A stretch of 32,000 nt of DNA. It comes from Puniceicoccales bacterium. Lineage in GTDB: Bacteria > Verrucomicrobiota > Verrucomicrobiia > Opitutales > JAIRLG01. Position numbers and translations under genes: made by a program. The notes under the pieces were generated by a model. That model was not told the DNA's origin. It searched no databases and worked only from the letters and a program-made list of their open reading frames with translations. Position 1 is the first letter of the stretch. Each line of letters starts with the position of its first letter. This document shows positions 7,152-16,724 of the stretch, piece by piece. The stretch is taken from assembly GCA_031288595.1 (NCBI GenBank), contig JAITRB010000003.1, positions 1 to 32,000 of the forward strand. The letters are read 5' to 3'.

Positions 7152-9143
7152 TCAAGCGGAAGGCCCACTGCGCCGCAGCGCATCCGACTGCAGCTCGGAT
7201 TTCAGGAGAGCCAGATGCTCCTCCAGCTCTGCTTTGGCCCCGTCCAAGGTCTCTTCTTCAGCCGGCTTCTTTTGCCCAAAGAGGTAGAATTTGATCTTGG
7301 GCTCCGTTCCACTGCTTCGTACAGCGAAGCGATAGCCATGGGCCAAGGTGAAGAAGAGGAAATTTTCAGAGGGAATGGGTTCTCCTTCCTCATCGTAAAG
7401 GGCGCCGGTGATGAAATCCTGCAGCCGGATGATGGGAATGCCCAAAAATTCCTTCGGGGAGCATTCGCGGTACGAGCGGAGGATTTTCTGAATTTTCCGT
7501 GCCCCTGTCTCGCCTTCGAAACTGATGTTGAGAATGGATTCGCCGAAATAGCCATATTGTCGGTAGATTTCTTCCCGAAAATCGGCGATGGACTTCCCCT
7601 CTCTGCCTAGGTCAGCGACCATTTCGCAGGCCATGAGGAGGGCCGCATGGGCATCTTTGTCACGGACGCGATCGCTGGCGAGATAGCCACAGCTCTCCTC
7701 TCCACCGAAGACGAAGAAATGTCCTCCCCGCAGCATCGCCTGCCGACGGGCCTCCCTCTTCTCCCAAACATTTTCTGCGGATTTTCCGCTTTGCCGGCAA
7801 TATTCCTCGAGTTCCTTCTCATAACGGAGGAGTTTGGCTCCGATCCACTTGAAACCCGTGAGGGTATTGATGCAAAGAACCCCATGCCGGGTGGCTATGG
7901 CTTCCAGAAGTGGCGTCGTGACGAAGCTCTTGATCAGAACTGCGCGGGTCGTCCCTTCCGGTGCTAGCCAACCGAGGCGCTTCATCTTCCGGAGGCGGAA
8001 TTCGGCCAGAAGGGCCGCTGTCGTATTGCCCGAGAGCAGCTCCATCGCCCTTTGATGATTGCGGATTCCTAGAGCCATGCGATCGGCATCGGGATCCGTT
8101 CCGATGGCGAGCTCGCACGATGCCGCCTCGGCCATTTGGAGCGCCCGCTGCATCGTGGCAGCGTACTCGGGATTGGGTGAATCGACTGTCGGGAAGCGCG
8201 GATCCTGTACGAGCTGTTCCTCGACGTAGCGGGCGTCGATGCCGAGTCTGGAGAATAGTTTTTCGGCCATGGAGATACCCGTACCGTGGAGAGGGGTATA
8301 GATCAATTGCGGTGTGCGTTGCTGGAAAATGTCTTTCTCCAGAATGTTTTCCTCCAAAGCTTCCAGATAGCGCTCTTCCGTCCTCGCCGAGAGGGTGTGG
8401 ATTCTGGAAGAAGGCCCGAGCTGCGGCAGGATGGCCAAAACCTCTCCCAGCGAAATGGAGCGGTAGTGCTCGATGACAGCGGACGCATGGGGTTCGGTCA
8501 TCTGGGCACCGTCGCGAAAGTAGGCCTTGTAGCCGTTGTCGTGAGGTGGGTTGTGGCTGGCGGTGATGACGACACCGGCCATCGCTCCGAGCTCCCGAAC
8601 CGTAAAGCTCAGCTGTGGCGTCGAACGCGGGCCGTCGAAGACGTAGCAGATCCCTCCCCGCAAGACCCAGGTCTGGGCAACTAATTGGCAGAAATAGGAT
8701 GAGAAATGGCGCACGTCATGGGCGACCACCAAGACCAGGTCCTCGGACTGATTTTCCTTTTGACTGATCCCAAAGTCGGCACAGTAGCGGTGGAGGGCCA
8801 GCGTTGCGCGGATGAGGTTAAAATCATTGAGACAGGCGCTGCCAACCGCCGGATGTTCGGGGCTTCCCTGTGGAGAAAGGGTAGCCCTTTCGGCCTTGGT
8901 GGAAATGCTCCCGATGGTACGGCCCCGAAGTCCGCCGGTACCGAAGGAGAGCTCCTGGCAGAAGCGACTCTGCAGCTCTTCCCAGGCCTCCTGCCGAATC
9001 AGCTCATCGAGCGATTGTCTGGCCCAGAGTGGCAATTGGCTTTCCTGAAGCCAGGCTTGAAGGCGATGGGCCGCTTCTAGATTTAGGAGGCCCTGCCCAA
9101 GAGCCCTTTGAAGCGCCGCTTCGTAGTGACTTTCCATATCCAA
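7152..9143 (-). CDS. phosphoglucomutase/phosphomannomutase family protein (PgcA/PGM2-like alpha-D-phosphohexomutase)
   Basis: Catalytic serine loop VITASHNPPHDNGYK, metal-binding loop GTDPDADR and sugar-binding loop GGEESCG. The N-terminal FGTGGLRG motif is typical of the PgcA subgroup. Confidence 0.85.
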   Translation of the reverse strand: MDMESHYEAALQRALGQGLLNLEAAHRLQAWLQESQLPLWARQSLDELIRQEAWEELQSRFCQELSFGTGGLRGRTIGSISTKAERATLSPQGSPEHPAVGSACLNDFNLIRATLALHRYCADFGISQKENQSEDLVLVVAHDVRHFSSYFCQLVAQTWVLRGGICYVFDGPRSTPQLSFTVRELGAMAGVVITASHNPPHDNGYKAYFRDGAQMTEPHASAVIEHYRSISLGEVLAILPQLGPSSRIHTLSARTEERYLEALEENILEKDIFQQRTPQLIYTPLHGTGISMAEKLFSRLGIDARYVEEQLVQDPRFPTVDSPNPEYAATMQRALQMAEAASCELAIGTDPDADRMALGIRNHQRAMELLSGNTTAALLAEFRLRKMKRLGWLAPEGTTRAVLIKSFVTTPLLEAIATRHGVLCINTLTGFKWIGAKLLRYEKELEEYCRQSGKSAENVWEKREARRQAMLRGGHFFVFGGEESCGYLASDRVRDKDAHAALLMACEMVADLGREGKSIADFREEIYRQYGYFGESILNISFEGETGARKIQKILRSYRECSPKEFLGIPIIRLQDFITGALYDEEGEPIPSENFLFFTLAHGYRFAVRSSGTEPKIKFYLFGQKKPAEEETLDGAKAELEEHLALLKSELQSDALRRSGPSA

Positions 9144-9258
9144 TACCTTTCTTCTCTAGCGTGATTTTCCTCCCCAACATTTTGGAGAAGATGGAGAAAA
9201 AGGCCATCCTGTTTTGGAGTAGAGCGGATGAAGAAGAGGATTGGTGATGGGAAAAGCT

Positions 9259-10704
9259 TTATTCGATATAGCTCCCCTCGGCGATGTTCGGTTTCAGCGG
9301 CAGGGTCGCCCATCGGTCGAGAAAAGTCCGCTCGTTATCGGCAAAGAGAGGACTGATTTCGATGGCGAACGGTGGAAGTCCCGTGTTATCAGTAGGGATC
9401 TCTTGTCCGGCCCTGAGGAGCCAATGGGTAAATAGCTTTAGCTGATCCTGATGACAGGTTTGAAGGGAATTCAGTCCCTGGGCATTTTTAATGGGGCTGA
9501 ATATCTGCTCACGTCTGCCTTCAAGCAGGAGAAAGCGGGAAGCTAAGGTGAGGAGGTCAGGCAAGACCTGTTCGAATTTTAGACCGTTGGGTGAGTCTGT
9601 TGAAATCGGGTGCCCCTCGAGGTCGATCGTGGGAACTTTTTTTCTGGCTATGTGGAGGGATAGGCTGTAATCGCCACGACCAAAGGTCTGAACAAACTCG
9701 CGGTCCAGAAGGTAGATACCGGCATTGGCGACGTGCAGTTGGAGTTTGCCGGATGGCTCTTGGGCCAATAGCTGTTCCTGCTGAAGACTCGTGTACTCGA
9801 TAAAAATAGTTTTCCCTTCACGGGCGGCGAAAATTCCAACCGGCTCTTCCGGATAGCTCTTCTGGATCACGCGGAAGGATATTTCTGATTTTTGTTGGAG
9901 ATGAAATCCGATAAAATGGGGATCGATGACGTTGACGAGTGGGTTTTCAACTTGGCAAAGGCTGATGATATCGACGCCTAGGTCTCTTAGTATTTTGACG
10001 GAACCGCTGCTGACCAGTGCCGGAATGGCCCCGCCACTCCCATTGGGCTGCATGGTGATGTGGTCCTTAGCCTCCAGGAGAATTTTCCCCTGAAAATCCA
10101 CGGCCGGCAGGAGACCCTGTTGGAAAAAGTGAATATTCTGAAGGCCGAAGGACTTGTGTTGCCTGAAGAATTGCAAGGTCGCTTCATGGTTCTGCCGACT
10201 GGTCATGAGGAACCAGTGAATCGGCCGGCCATACCTCTGCTCCGCAAAGCGAATCTTCTCCGCAAGGACCTGAAAGAGGGATTTCTTCCGTACGGGCGTT
10301 ACCTCTAGGGTCCCCTTGGGCTCTACTCGTCCCAGACGGGTTGCCTGCCCGCCGGCGAGGGTGAGGACGGCGACTCGTCCATCAGCCAAGGCCGCCTCTC
10401 CTTCTTTGTAGGCTTCCTCCCAAATGATTTGCTCAGACCTCGTTTCGGGGAGGTTTAGATAGGGCGGCGAGGAGAGATTTTTGGCCGGAGCATCACCTGT
10501 CTTGGAGTGTTTCGGAAAGAGAAACTGGCGGACGTATTCCGAAATTTTCGGAAGATCGAGCTGTTCCGCTTCCTGGAGAAGGCCAAGGCGTTGCTCCCCG
10601 CTGAGCGTATCCCAAAAGCGGAAGACCTGCCCCTGACCGTAGCACACAAAACGTTCGATCGTCTCGGCTGCTCTGTCCTCCAGCGGGCGATTTTCTCCTT
10701 TCAT
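9259..10704 (-). CDS. UDPGP type 1 family nucleotidyltransferase (UAP1-like UDP-N-acetylhexosamine/UDP-sugar pyrophosphorylase)
   Basis: Nucleotide-binding loop LTLAGGQATRLG followed by PKG and SLFQ, as in eukaryote-type UAP1 enzymes. At 481 aa the length fits the family. The start codon abuts the stop of the upstream FtsB-like gene. Confidence 0.75.
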   Translation of the reverse strand: MKGENRPLEDRAAETIERFVCYGQGQVFRFWDTLSGEQRLGLLQEAEQLDLPKISEYVRQFLFPKHSKTGDAPAKNLSSPPYLNLPETRSEQIIWEEAYKEGEAALADGRVAVLTLAGGQATRLGRVEPKGTLEVTPVRKKSLFQVLAEKIRFAEQRYGRPIHWFLMTSRQNHEATLQFFRQHKSFGLQNIHFFQQGLLPAVDFQGKILLEAKDHITMQPNGSGGAIPALVSSGSVKILRDLGVDIISLCQVENPLVNVIDPHFIGFHLQQKSEISFRVIQKSYPEEPVGIFAAREGKTIFIEYTSLQQEQLLAQEPSGKLQLHVANAGIYLLDREFVQTFGRGDYSLSLHIARKKVPTIDLEGHPISTDSPNGLKFEQVLPDLLTLASRFLLLEGRREQIFSPIKNAQGLNSLQTCHQDQLKLFTHWLLRAGQEIPTDNTGLPPFAIEISPLFADNERTFLDRWATLPLKPNIAEGSYIE

Positions 10705-11016
10705 CTACAAGTTCGTCACCGCGCCTTCGAAGTGGAAAAGCAGTTCGTTATCCTGGAGACAGCCCGTGCGCTGTTTGACAATGTGCTCGAAGAATTCCTC
10801 ATCGGTCAAAAGGTGCTGGAGATGGGCCTGCTGCTGTTGGTGAGTGCGCCGCCGCTGATCCAACTTCTGCCCCTGTTTTTTCTCCACCTGCAGCAGGTAG
10901 CGGTATTCCCGGTAAGCACTGTTGAGCTGCGCACCCATGAAAAATAGCAGGGCTGCCAAACCACTCCAGACTCCCGCCAGAGTGGTCTTCTGTAAAATAG
11001 CGACGAATGGGGACAT
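10705..11016 (-). CDS. septum formation initiator family protein (FtsB/DivIC-like), start uncertain
   Basis: A single TM segment (LAGVWSGLAALLFFMGAQL) is followed by a Gln/Lys-rich coiled coil and a C-terminal EEFFEHIVKQRTGCLQDNELLFHF segment, which resembles the FtsB/DivIC tail. The ORF extends to an ATG at 11217, but that codon overlaps the divergent M16 start. Internal ATGs at 11118 or 11016 give a typical protein of 100-135 aa. Confidence 0.45.
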   Translation of the reverse strand: MSPFVAILQKTTLAGVWSGLAALLFFMGAQLNSAYREYRYLLQVEKKQGQKLDQRRRTHQQQQAHLQHLLTDEEFFEHIVKQRTGCLQDNELLFHFEGAVTNL

Positions 11017-11215
11017 GAGATCAGGCCTCTCCCAGGTTAGCTCTTCAAGGGCGAGGGGCAAGATCTTTTTGCGAATTTTGGGCGAAAAATGAGGAACGCG
11101 CTGCAGAAAAAATGGCATCCGACCCCGCCGATGGGAATGGACTCTTTTATGCTTTTCATCTCCACCTATCCGGCAGATTATTCGCCGTGCACCAGTTAAA
11201 AGCGAGAGATTTGTC

Positions 11216-14200
11216 ATGAAAAATAGAAAAGGGGGAAGTTCGGGGACCTGGGGATATGTCTTTTACGGCCTCAGTCTCGGCCTTTGCAGTGCCCTATTGG
11301 CGGGAAACGATGTGACCGGCCACGAAGCTAGTTCCTCTAAAATACTCTCCAGGGAGCTCAGCTCCTCTCAGCCTGAAGGTGCAGCTCTTCCGCTCTCGGA
11401 CGAAACGGACAAACCCGAAGCTATTTGGCAGGCCGAATCAGCGTATTCGGCTGCAGAGGCGGCAGAGGCTTTGGAGGAGCCGCTTCCGGGAGGAGTAGCT
11501 TCGCTCCCGCCCCTGGAGTCCTATCTGCACGACGATTCGAAGATTTTGGCCGGAACCTTAGCCAATGGTTTCCGCTATGTGCTCTACCCCCATCCCAAGG
11601 AGCGCATCTATGCCATCTTGTGCGTGCAGGCAGGGAGCTTGATGGAGCGACCGGTAGCGGGAGGTGTGGCGCACTTTTTGGAGCACATGGCCTTCTGTGG
11701 TTCGAGACATTTCCCCAAAAGAGAATTGGTTCATTATTTGGAAAAACTGGGGATGGCCTTTGGCCCTGACCTCAATGCCTTTACCGCGCTTGAGTACACG
11801 TGCTACTTACTGGATTTGCCTCGGGGCGATGAGGGACTCTTCGGCACGGCGCTCGATGTTTTTCACGACTATGCCTGCGGTCTTGAAATTTCCTCCGAGG
11901 AGGTAGAGCGCGAAAAGGGAGTTATTTTGGCTGAGGTGCGCGACCGCGACGGACCTGCGCTGCGCGTTTTTCGTCGGCTTGTCCAGCATATGTTTGCCGA
12001 GACGCTTTTCGCTGATGCCATTTCCGTCGGTGAACCGGAGATCATCCGGAAGATAGGCGCTCCGCAGCTGAGGGAATTTTACCAAAGATGGTACACGCCG
12101 GACCGCATGATCCTGGTCATCGTGGGGGATTTTGTTCCGGAGAAATGGCGCCCACTGGTGGAATCAAAGATGTCCTCCATTCCGGTAAAGGCCAAACTAG
12201 CCAACCCTTACGAGGGGGAATTCCCCTCTTTGAAACGAAGGGTCTTCCGCTATCTGAGGGACGAGCAACTGGACAAAGTGGCTATCAGTGTGGCCGCTCT
12301 GAGTCCCGCCCTACCGAAGGGGGATTCCGTCGAGAGACAGCGTAAGGAAGTGAGCCGACTGATGGCGCAGGAGATTTTGAGGGAGCGCCTACTGGATAGA
12401 AATCGCGAGCGGAACAACCTTTTCCTGAGCCCTATAGTCGAGCAGTGCGAGCTATTTCCTGGCTGCCATTACAGCAATGTTTTCCTCGGCGGTCTGAATG
12501 ACTGGCGGTCTGCTTTGGTCGTTCTCGAGCAGGAACTGCGGCGAATCCAGCTCTTCGGCTTTCAGGCGGAAGAGATCGACCGAATCCGCCGGAAGCTGCT
12601 CAGCGGTTTAGAACATACCTACCGCCGATTCGAGAGCTTGCGGTCGTCGGACTTGGCTCTTTCCCTTATGAATAGTCGGCATAGGGATCTGTACTGGCCC
12701 TCGCCTCAGGATAGTTGTGAGCTTAGCCGACGCCTCCTGAAAGACCTAGGGCCGTCGGAAGTAACCGAAGCCTGGAATGAGCTGTGGGCTTATCCGAATC
12801 GCTTTGTATTCATGAGTGGACCGGAAGTCCTTCCGGAGACGATTCATGGGGAAATCCAAAAGATTTTTGAGGACTCTTCTCAAGCGCCGCTCGAACCTAT
12901 GCCGACCAGGAGACCGGAGGATTTCGGCTACGAGATCCCTTCGTCCAAGGAGGCGATTCCCTCTCTTGTGGAAGCGCACCACTACGTCGAGGATCTCGAT
13001 TTTCACCAGGTCGTTTTTAAAAACCGCGTGCGCCTGAATGTGAAGACCACCGGTTTCAAGAAGGATTATGTCAAGGTGGCGATGCATTTCGGCCAGGGTC
13101 TGCTGGGACAGGAGAAGGGCCAAGAGGGCCTAATGGAGATGCTGGGTTCCCTTTTTAAGGAAGGGGGATTGGGCAAGCATTCCCTGGAGGAGCTGCGGAA
13201 AATTTGGGCCGACCGTGTACTGAGTTTCCAGTTCGACGTGGAGGGAGATGCGTTCGTGATGTATGCTAACAGTTCCTCACGGGACTTCCGTTTCCTTTGC
13301 GAGCTCGCAAGGGCCTATTTCGAGGATCCGGCTTACCGAGGAGAGGCTAGACAGGATGCGCTCAAGTACTTCCGGCAACGGGAGGAAGCGGAGTCGAAAT
13401 CACCTGGAGCCGTCTATGCGCAGCGGGTCCCCTATCGCTTGAGCGGGGAACACTTCGCCTTTCGTCGGGCACGATGGGCCGAAATCGAGCGCTGGAGTGC
13501 GGAAGATGTGGCCCAATATTTCGAAAATATCCTAAAAAGGGCCTATCTGGAAATCTCCGTTGTGGGAGATATTTCGTCAGAAGAAGCGATCTGTTCCGTC
13601 GGGGAAACTTTAGGCCGACTACCGGCACGGGAGGATTTCCCAGAGTCACTGGAGAGGAATAGGATTCTGAAAATTCCCTCGGCGGAGCGTGTGGAGCTGA
13701 GCTACTGCGCAGCGGGCAGCGAGCACCCGACGGCGGAACTGCATCTCTTCTGGCCAGGTTTATTGGAGGAGAATACCGAGCTTTACCGGCGCCAGTGCCT
13801 CTTGGCTAAGCTTCTGTCCGGACGCCTGTTCGAGCGCATTCGCCACGACTTGGGCGAGGCCTATTCGCCCTATGCCCGCTACCTGGAGAGCGAGGTGTTC
13901 CCCGCCTATCGCTGGATACATGCCGATATTTCCGTCGATCCGAAGAAGATCAGGGCACTGGAATCGACCATCCTTGCCGAGGTGGAACACCTGCGAAAAG
14001 AGGGAATTTCGGAGGATGAGTTCCAGCGGATCTTGGAACCTGAGCGCCAGGCGATACGAGATCGCAGAAAGAGAAATGGCTACTGGTTATATGTCCTGTC
14101 CCGCTCTCAGGCGGACGGACGCTCACTGTCCTATGCCCGAACGCTGGAAAACTTTTATCAGCAGGTCCGAAGGGAGGATTTAGAGGAGGTGGCACGTCGG

Positions 14201-14299
14201 GTATTGCGTCGAGAGGCTCTGCATTGCTACCATATCCGCCCCGATGATCTGCGGAAGGAGAGGAAAAGGGCTCTCTTCAGGCACAGGGGGCATCGCTGA
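11216..14299 (+). CDS. M16 family zinc metallopeptidase (insulinase/PqqL-like, two tandem M16 units), secreted
   Basis: Inverted zincin motif HFLEHMAFCGS (HxxEH) with a downstream Glu region. The N-terminus looks like a signal peptide (YVFYGLSLGLCSALLAG). The 1027-aa length is consistent with the duplicated active plus inactive M16 domain pairs of PqqL-type proteases. Confidence 0.8.
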   Translation: MKNRKGGSSGTWGYVFYGLSLGLCSALLAGNDVTGHEASSSKILSRELSSSQPEGAALPLSDETDKPEAIWQAESAYSAAEAAEALEEPLPGGVASLPPLESYLHDDSKILAGTLANGFRYVLYPHPKERIYAILCVQAGSLMERPVAGGVAHFLEHMAFCGSRHFPKRELVHYLEKLGMAFGPDLNAFTALEYTCYLLDLPRGDEGLFGTALDVFHDYACGLEISSEEVEREKGVILAEVRDRDGPALRVFRRLVQHMFAETLFADAISVGEPEIIRKIGAPQLREFYQRWYTPDRMILVIVGDFVPEKWRPLVESKMSSIPVKAKLANPYEGEFPSLKRRVFRYLRDEQLDKVAISVAALSPALPKGDSVERQRKEVSRLMAQEILRERLLDRNRERNNLFLSPIVEQCELFPGCHYSNVFLGGLNDWRSALVVLEQELRRIQLFGFQAEEIDRIRRKLLSGLEHTYRRFESLRSSDLALSLMNSRHRDLYWPSPQDSCELSRRLLKDLGPSEVTEAWNELWAYPNRFVFMSGPEVLPETIHGEIQKIFEDSSQAPLEPMPTRRPEDFGYEIPSSKEAIPSLVEAHHYVEDLDFHQVVFKNRVRLNVKTTGFKKDYVKVAMHFGQGLLGQEKGQEGLMEMLGSLFKEGGLGKHSLEELRKIWADRVLSFQFDVEGDAFVMYANSSSRDFRFLCELARAYFEDPAYRGEARQDALKYFRQREEAESKSPGAVYAQRVPYRLSGEHFAFRRARWAEIERWSAEDVAQYFENILKRAYLEISVVGDISSEEAICSVGETLGRLPAREDFPESLERNRILKIPSAERVELSYCAAGSEHPTAELHLFWPGLLEENTELYRRQCLLAKLLSGRLFERIRHDLGEAYSPYARYLESEVFPAYRWIHADISVDPKKIRALESTILAEVEHLRKEGISEDEFQRILEPERQAIRDRRKRNGYWLYVLSRSQADGRSLSYARTLENFYQQVRREDLEEVARRVLRREALHCYHIRPDDLRKERKRALFRHRGHR

Positions 14300-14316
14300 G
14301 AAGCTTGGGGAAATTT

Positions 14317-15120
14317 ATGGACTTTTTTGGCTTGAAGGACAAGAACTTCCTCGTCGCTGGCTTGGCCAACCGCAAGAGCGTCGCATGGCATGTGGGACAG
14401 GGTCTGGAGGCCTGTGGCGCCAGGGTTTTCTACAGCGTCCGCTCCGAAGCCCGTAAACTTTCGCTCAAGACACTCCTCGGGGAACGGGAGGTCTTTGTCT
14501 GCGACGTCGAGGAGGAAGGCCAGATCCGGTTGCTAGCCCAGGGTCTTACCAATAGGGGAATGGGACTGGATGGCTTCTTTCATTCCCTGGCATTTGCCAA
14601 TTACAGCCGAGGGATTCGACCTTTTCACGAGACGCTGCGCGAGGACTTTCGGCAGGCGATGGAGATCTCTTGCTTTTCGCTAGTGGAGTTTGCGAGGGCC
14701 CTGAAGCCACTTTTAAAGAGAGATGCATCGATGGTGGCGATGGGAATTTCCTCGCAGGTGGTGGCGGAGAATTATGGCTATATGTCCCCGGTCAAGGCGG
14801 CGCTAGAGAGCACGGTGCGATTTTTGGCCAAGTCCTTCAGCCATGACACTGAGGTGCGCTTCAACTGCGTGAAGGCGAGCCCGCTGAAGACGAGTGCCTC
14901 GGCCGGGATTCCGGGCTATCTGGAGCACTATCTCTATGCCGAGAAGATGACCCTGCGGAAACGGGCACTCACGACACAGGAAGTGGCGAATGTGGTCATT
15001 TTTCTGCTCAGCCCGATGTCCAGTGGCATCAATGGCCAGGGTATTGTGGTCAACGCCGGCATGGATATGAACTACTTCGACCACAAACTGGTATTTCGAG
15101 ATGGGGATGGGGCGGAATAG
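14317..15120 (+). CDS. fabI: enoyl-[acyl-carrier-protein] reductase (NADH), FabI
   Basis: N-terminal Rossmann segment FLVAGLANRKSVAW, HSLAFAN, and the catalytic Y-x6-K (YGYMSPVKAALE). Colinear similarity to E. coli FabI runs throughout. The ORF opens with a TTG at 14305; the first ATG is at 14317. Confidence 0.85.
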   Translation: MDFFGLKDKNFLVAGLANRKSVAWHVGQGLEACGARVFYSVRSEARKLSLKTLLGEREVFVCDVEEEGQIRLLAQGLTNRGMGLDGFFHSLAFANYSRGIRPFHETLREDFRQAMEISCFSLVEFARALKPLLKRDASMVAMGISSQVVAENYGYMSPVKAALESTVRFLAKSFSHDTEVRFNCVKASPLKTSASAGIPGYLEHYLYAEKMTLRKRALTTQEVANVVIFLLSPMSSGINGQGIVVNAGMDMNYFDHKLVFRDGDGAE

Positions 15121-15147
15121 CAGAGCTCGAAGGGCTGGGAAAAGGCC

Positions 15148-15254
15148 GGCGCGATGGCCCGTGAAGGGGAGCCGCCGGAGTCGGCTCCCCTTCACGGCGG
15201 CGCTCCCGCGGAGCGGGAGCGCCGGACTTGGCTTGGCCAAGTGGCCATCGCGCC
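15148..15254. repeat. structured intergenic palindromic element, copy 2 (divergent or permuted member)
   Basis: 12-bp closing stem GGCGCGATGGCC (15148-15159) / GGCCATCGCGCC (15243-15254). It encloses a 15-bp hairpin (15160-15196), a 12-bp hairpin CGGCGCTCCCGC-GGA-GCGGGAGCGCCG (15198-15224) and the short hairpin CTTGGC-TTG-GCCAAG (15227-15241). Confidence 0.65.
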
Positions 15255-15343
15255 CAAGCTGAGCCGAGCTCCGGCATCAAGCAGACCGGGCCTGCCGGTA
15301 TTACTTCATTCCTTCCGACCGCTTCGATGGGTGCACGGTTTCT

Positions 15344-16375
15344 CTAGCCTCTCGGATGGGCCTTCCGGTGGATTTTTTTCATGTGAGCCACGTCCACGTG
15401 GGTGTAGATCTGCGTCGTGGAGAGATTTTCGTGCCCGAGGAGCTCCTGAACGCTGCGGAGGTCGGCCCCACGGTTGAGCAGGTGGGTCGCGTAGGAGTGG
15501 CGGAGCTTGTGCGGCGACAGGTCGAGTGGCAGGCCGGCCCGGGCCAGATAGTCCTTCAGCCGCTGCTGGATGCAGCGGGCGGAGAGGGCCCTCTGCGGCG
15601 TGCGCTGAGCGAAGAGAACAGGGCCATCAGGGGGAGCGAGGCAGGAATCTCGTGATTGCAGAAAGCTTTGCCACCGAAGCAAGGCGTCGACGGCCTGCTG
15701 ACCAATGGGGCAGAGGCGTTCCTTGGCGCCCTTGCCGTGGACTTTGATCCAACGTTGGGAGAGCTGAACCTGAGACCAGCGCAGGGAGACCAGTTCACCG
15801 ATGCGGCAGCCCGTGCTGTAAAAAAGTTCCAGAATTAATGTGTCGCGATGGGCGACGAAGGGCTCCAGTCGGGAGAGGGAAAGGAGCCGCATCGGCTCTT
15901 GAATCAAGGCGTCGACCTGCGCCTCGGAGAGAAACTTCGGCAAAGTTTTTTCCTTCCGCGGAAGGGTCAATCCGCGGCAGGGATTGTTTTCCAAATTCTT
16001 TCGCGACTGCCGATAGCGAAAAAACGAGCGGATGGCCGCGACGCGCGCATGCAGGGTTGATTTTTTATGGTCGTGCTGGACTTCGATCATCCACTGCCGG
16101 ATGTGCTCCGTTACAACTCCTCTCCAGGAGGGGCTGAGCTGGTATTTGCGGAGATAGGCCCGAAACTGGGAGAGCGATTCCCGATAGGCGCTCAGCGTAT
16201 GTGGGGAGAAGTTGCGCTCACAGCTGAGAAAACTGAGGAAATCATCGAACTCCAGTTCGTCCTGAACCGAAACTTTTAGTGCTGAAGGAGTTTCCTCTGG
16301 AATCTTGGGCGGAGTCTTGGCCTTTGGCCTCTTCTGGGCATTGACTTGCGGGGGAAGGTGGGCTTGCCTCTTCAT
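15344..16375 (-). CDS. site-specific tyrosine recombinase, XerC/XerD family
   Basis: N-terminal SAM-like core-binding domain (FLSFLSCERNFSPHTLSAYRESL). Catalytic residues appear in TGCRIGELVSLRW, HKLRHSYATHLL and LLGHENLSTTQIYTHV. I place the start at the ATG at 16375, because the longer tracked ORF (to 16834) runs antisense through the ferredoxin gene. Confidence 0.85.
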   Translation of the reverse strand: MKRQAHLPPQVNAQKRPKAKTPPKIPEETPSALKVSVQDELEFDDFLSFLSCERNFSPHTLSAYRESLSQFRAYLRKYQLSPSWRGVVTEHIRQWMIEVQHDHKKSTLHARVAAIRSFFRYRQSRKNLENNPCRGLTLPRKEKTLPKFLSEAQVDALIQEPMRLLSLSRLEPFVAHRDTLILELFYSTGCRIGELVSLRWSQVQLSQRWIKVHGKGAKERLCPIGQQAVDALLRWQSFLQSRDSCLAPPDGPVLFAQRTPQRALSARCIQQRLKDYLARAGLPLDLSPHKLRHSYATHLLNRGADLRSVQELLGHENLSTTQIYTHVDVAHMKKIHRKAHPRG

Positions 16376-16426
16376 GAAAAGACTTGACGCTTGGATGGGC
16401 TTGTGGAACTTGCTCAGAGAGAGAGT

Positions 16427-16660
16427 ATGGCCAACAGCGCGAACAAGTCGCCCAAAAATGTTTCGGGACGTTTTTACGTGGATGACCAGTGCATCGACTG
16501 CGACCTCTGCCGTGAACTGGCCCCCGACTGTTTCACCCGTGACCACGATGCGGGCAGTTCTTTCGTGGGCCGCCAGCCCTCCACCGCCGAAGAGGAAGAG
16601 ATGTGCCGAGAGGCTCTGGAGAGCTGTCCCGTGAGCGCCATAGGGGACGACGGCGAGTGA
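16427..16660 (+). CDS. ferredoxin (single Fe-S cluster domain)
   Basis: YVDDQCIDCDLCRELAPDCF ... EALESCPVSAI gives a CxxCxxC...CP cluster-ligand pattern in a 77-aa protein. The ATG at 16427 lies inside the tracked ORF 16391-16660. Confidence 0.75.
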   Translation: MANSANKSPKNVSGRFYVDDQCIDCDLCRELAPDCFTRDHDAGSSFVGRQPSTAEEEEMCREALESCPVSAIGDDGE

Positions 16661-16724
16661 CGGAGCCGGCAAGTCTTTTTTTTTGACGAGGAGGGCAGGG
16701 CCGCGATAATCCCCCCTCAGGGGT

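Noticed and set aside
16659-16684. T9 run just after the ferredoxin stop codon, as a possible intrinsic terminator.
   Set aside because: I could not find a convincing GC-rich stem immediately upstream, only 3-bp pairings. The evidence is insufficient to call a terminator.
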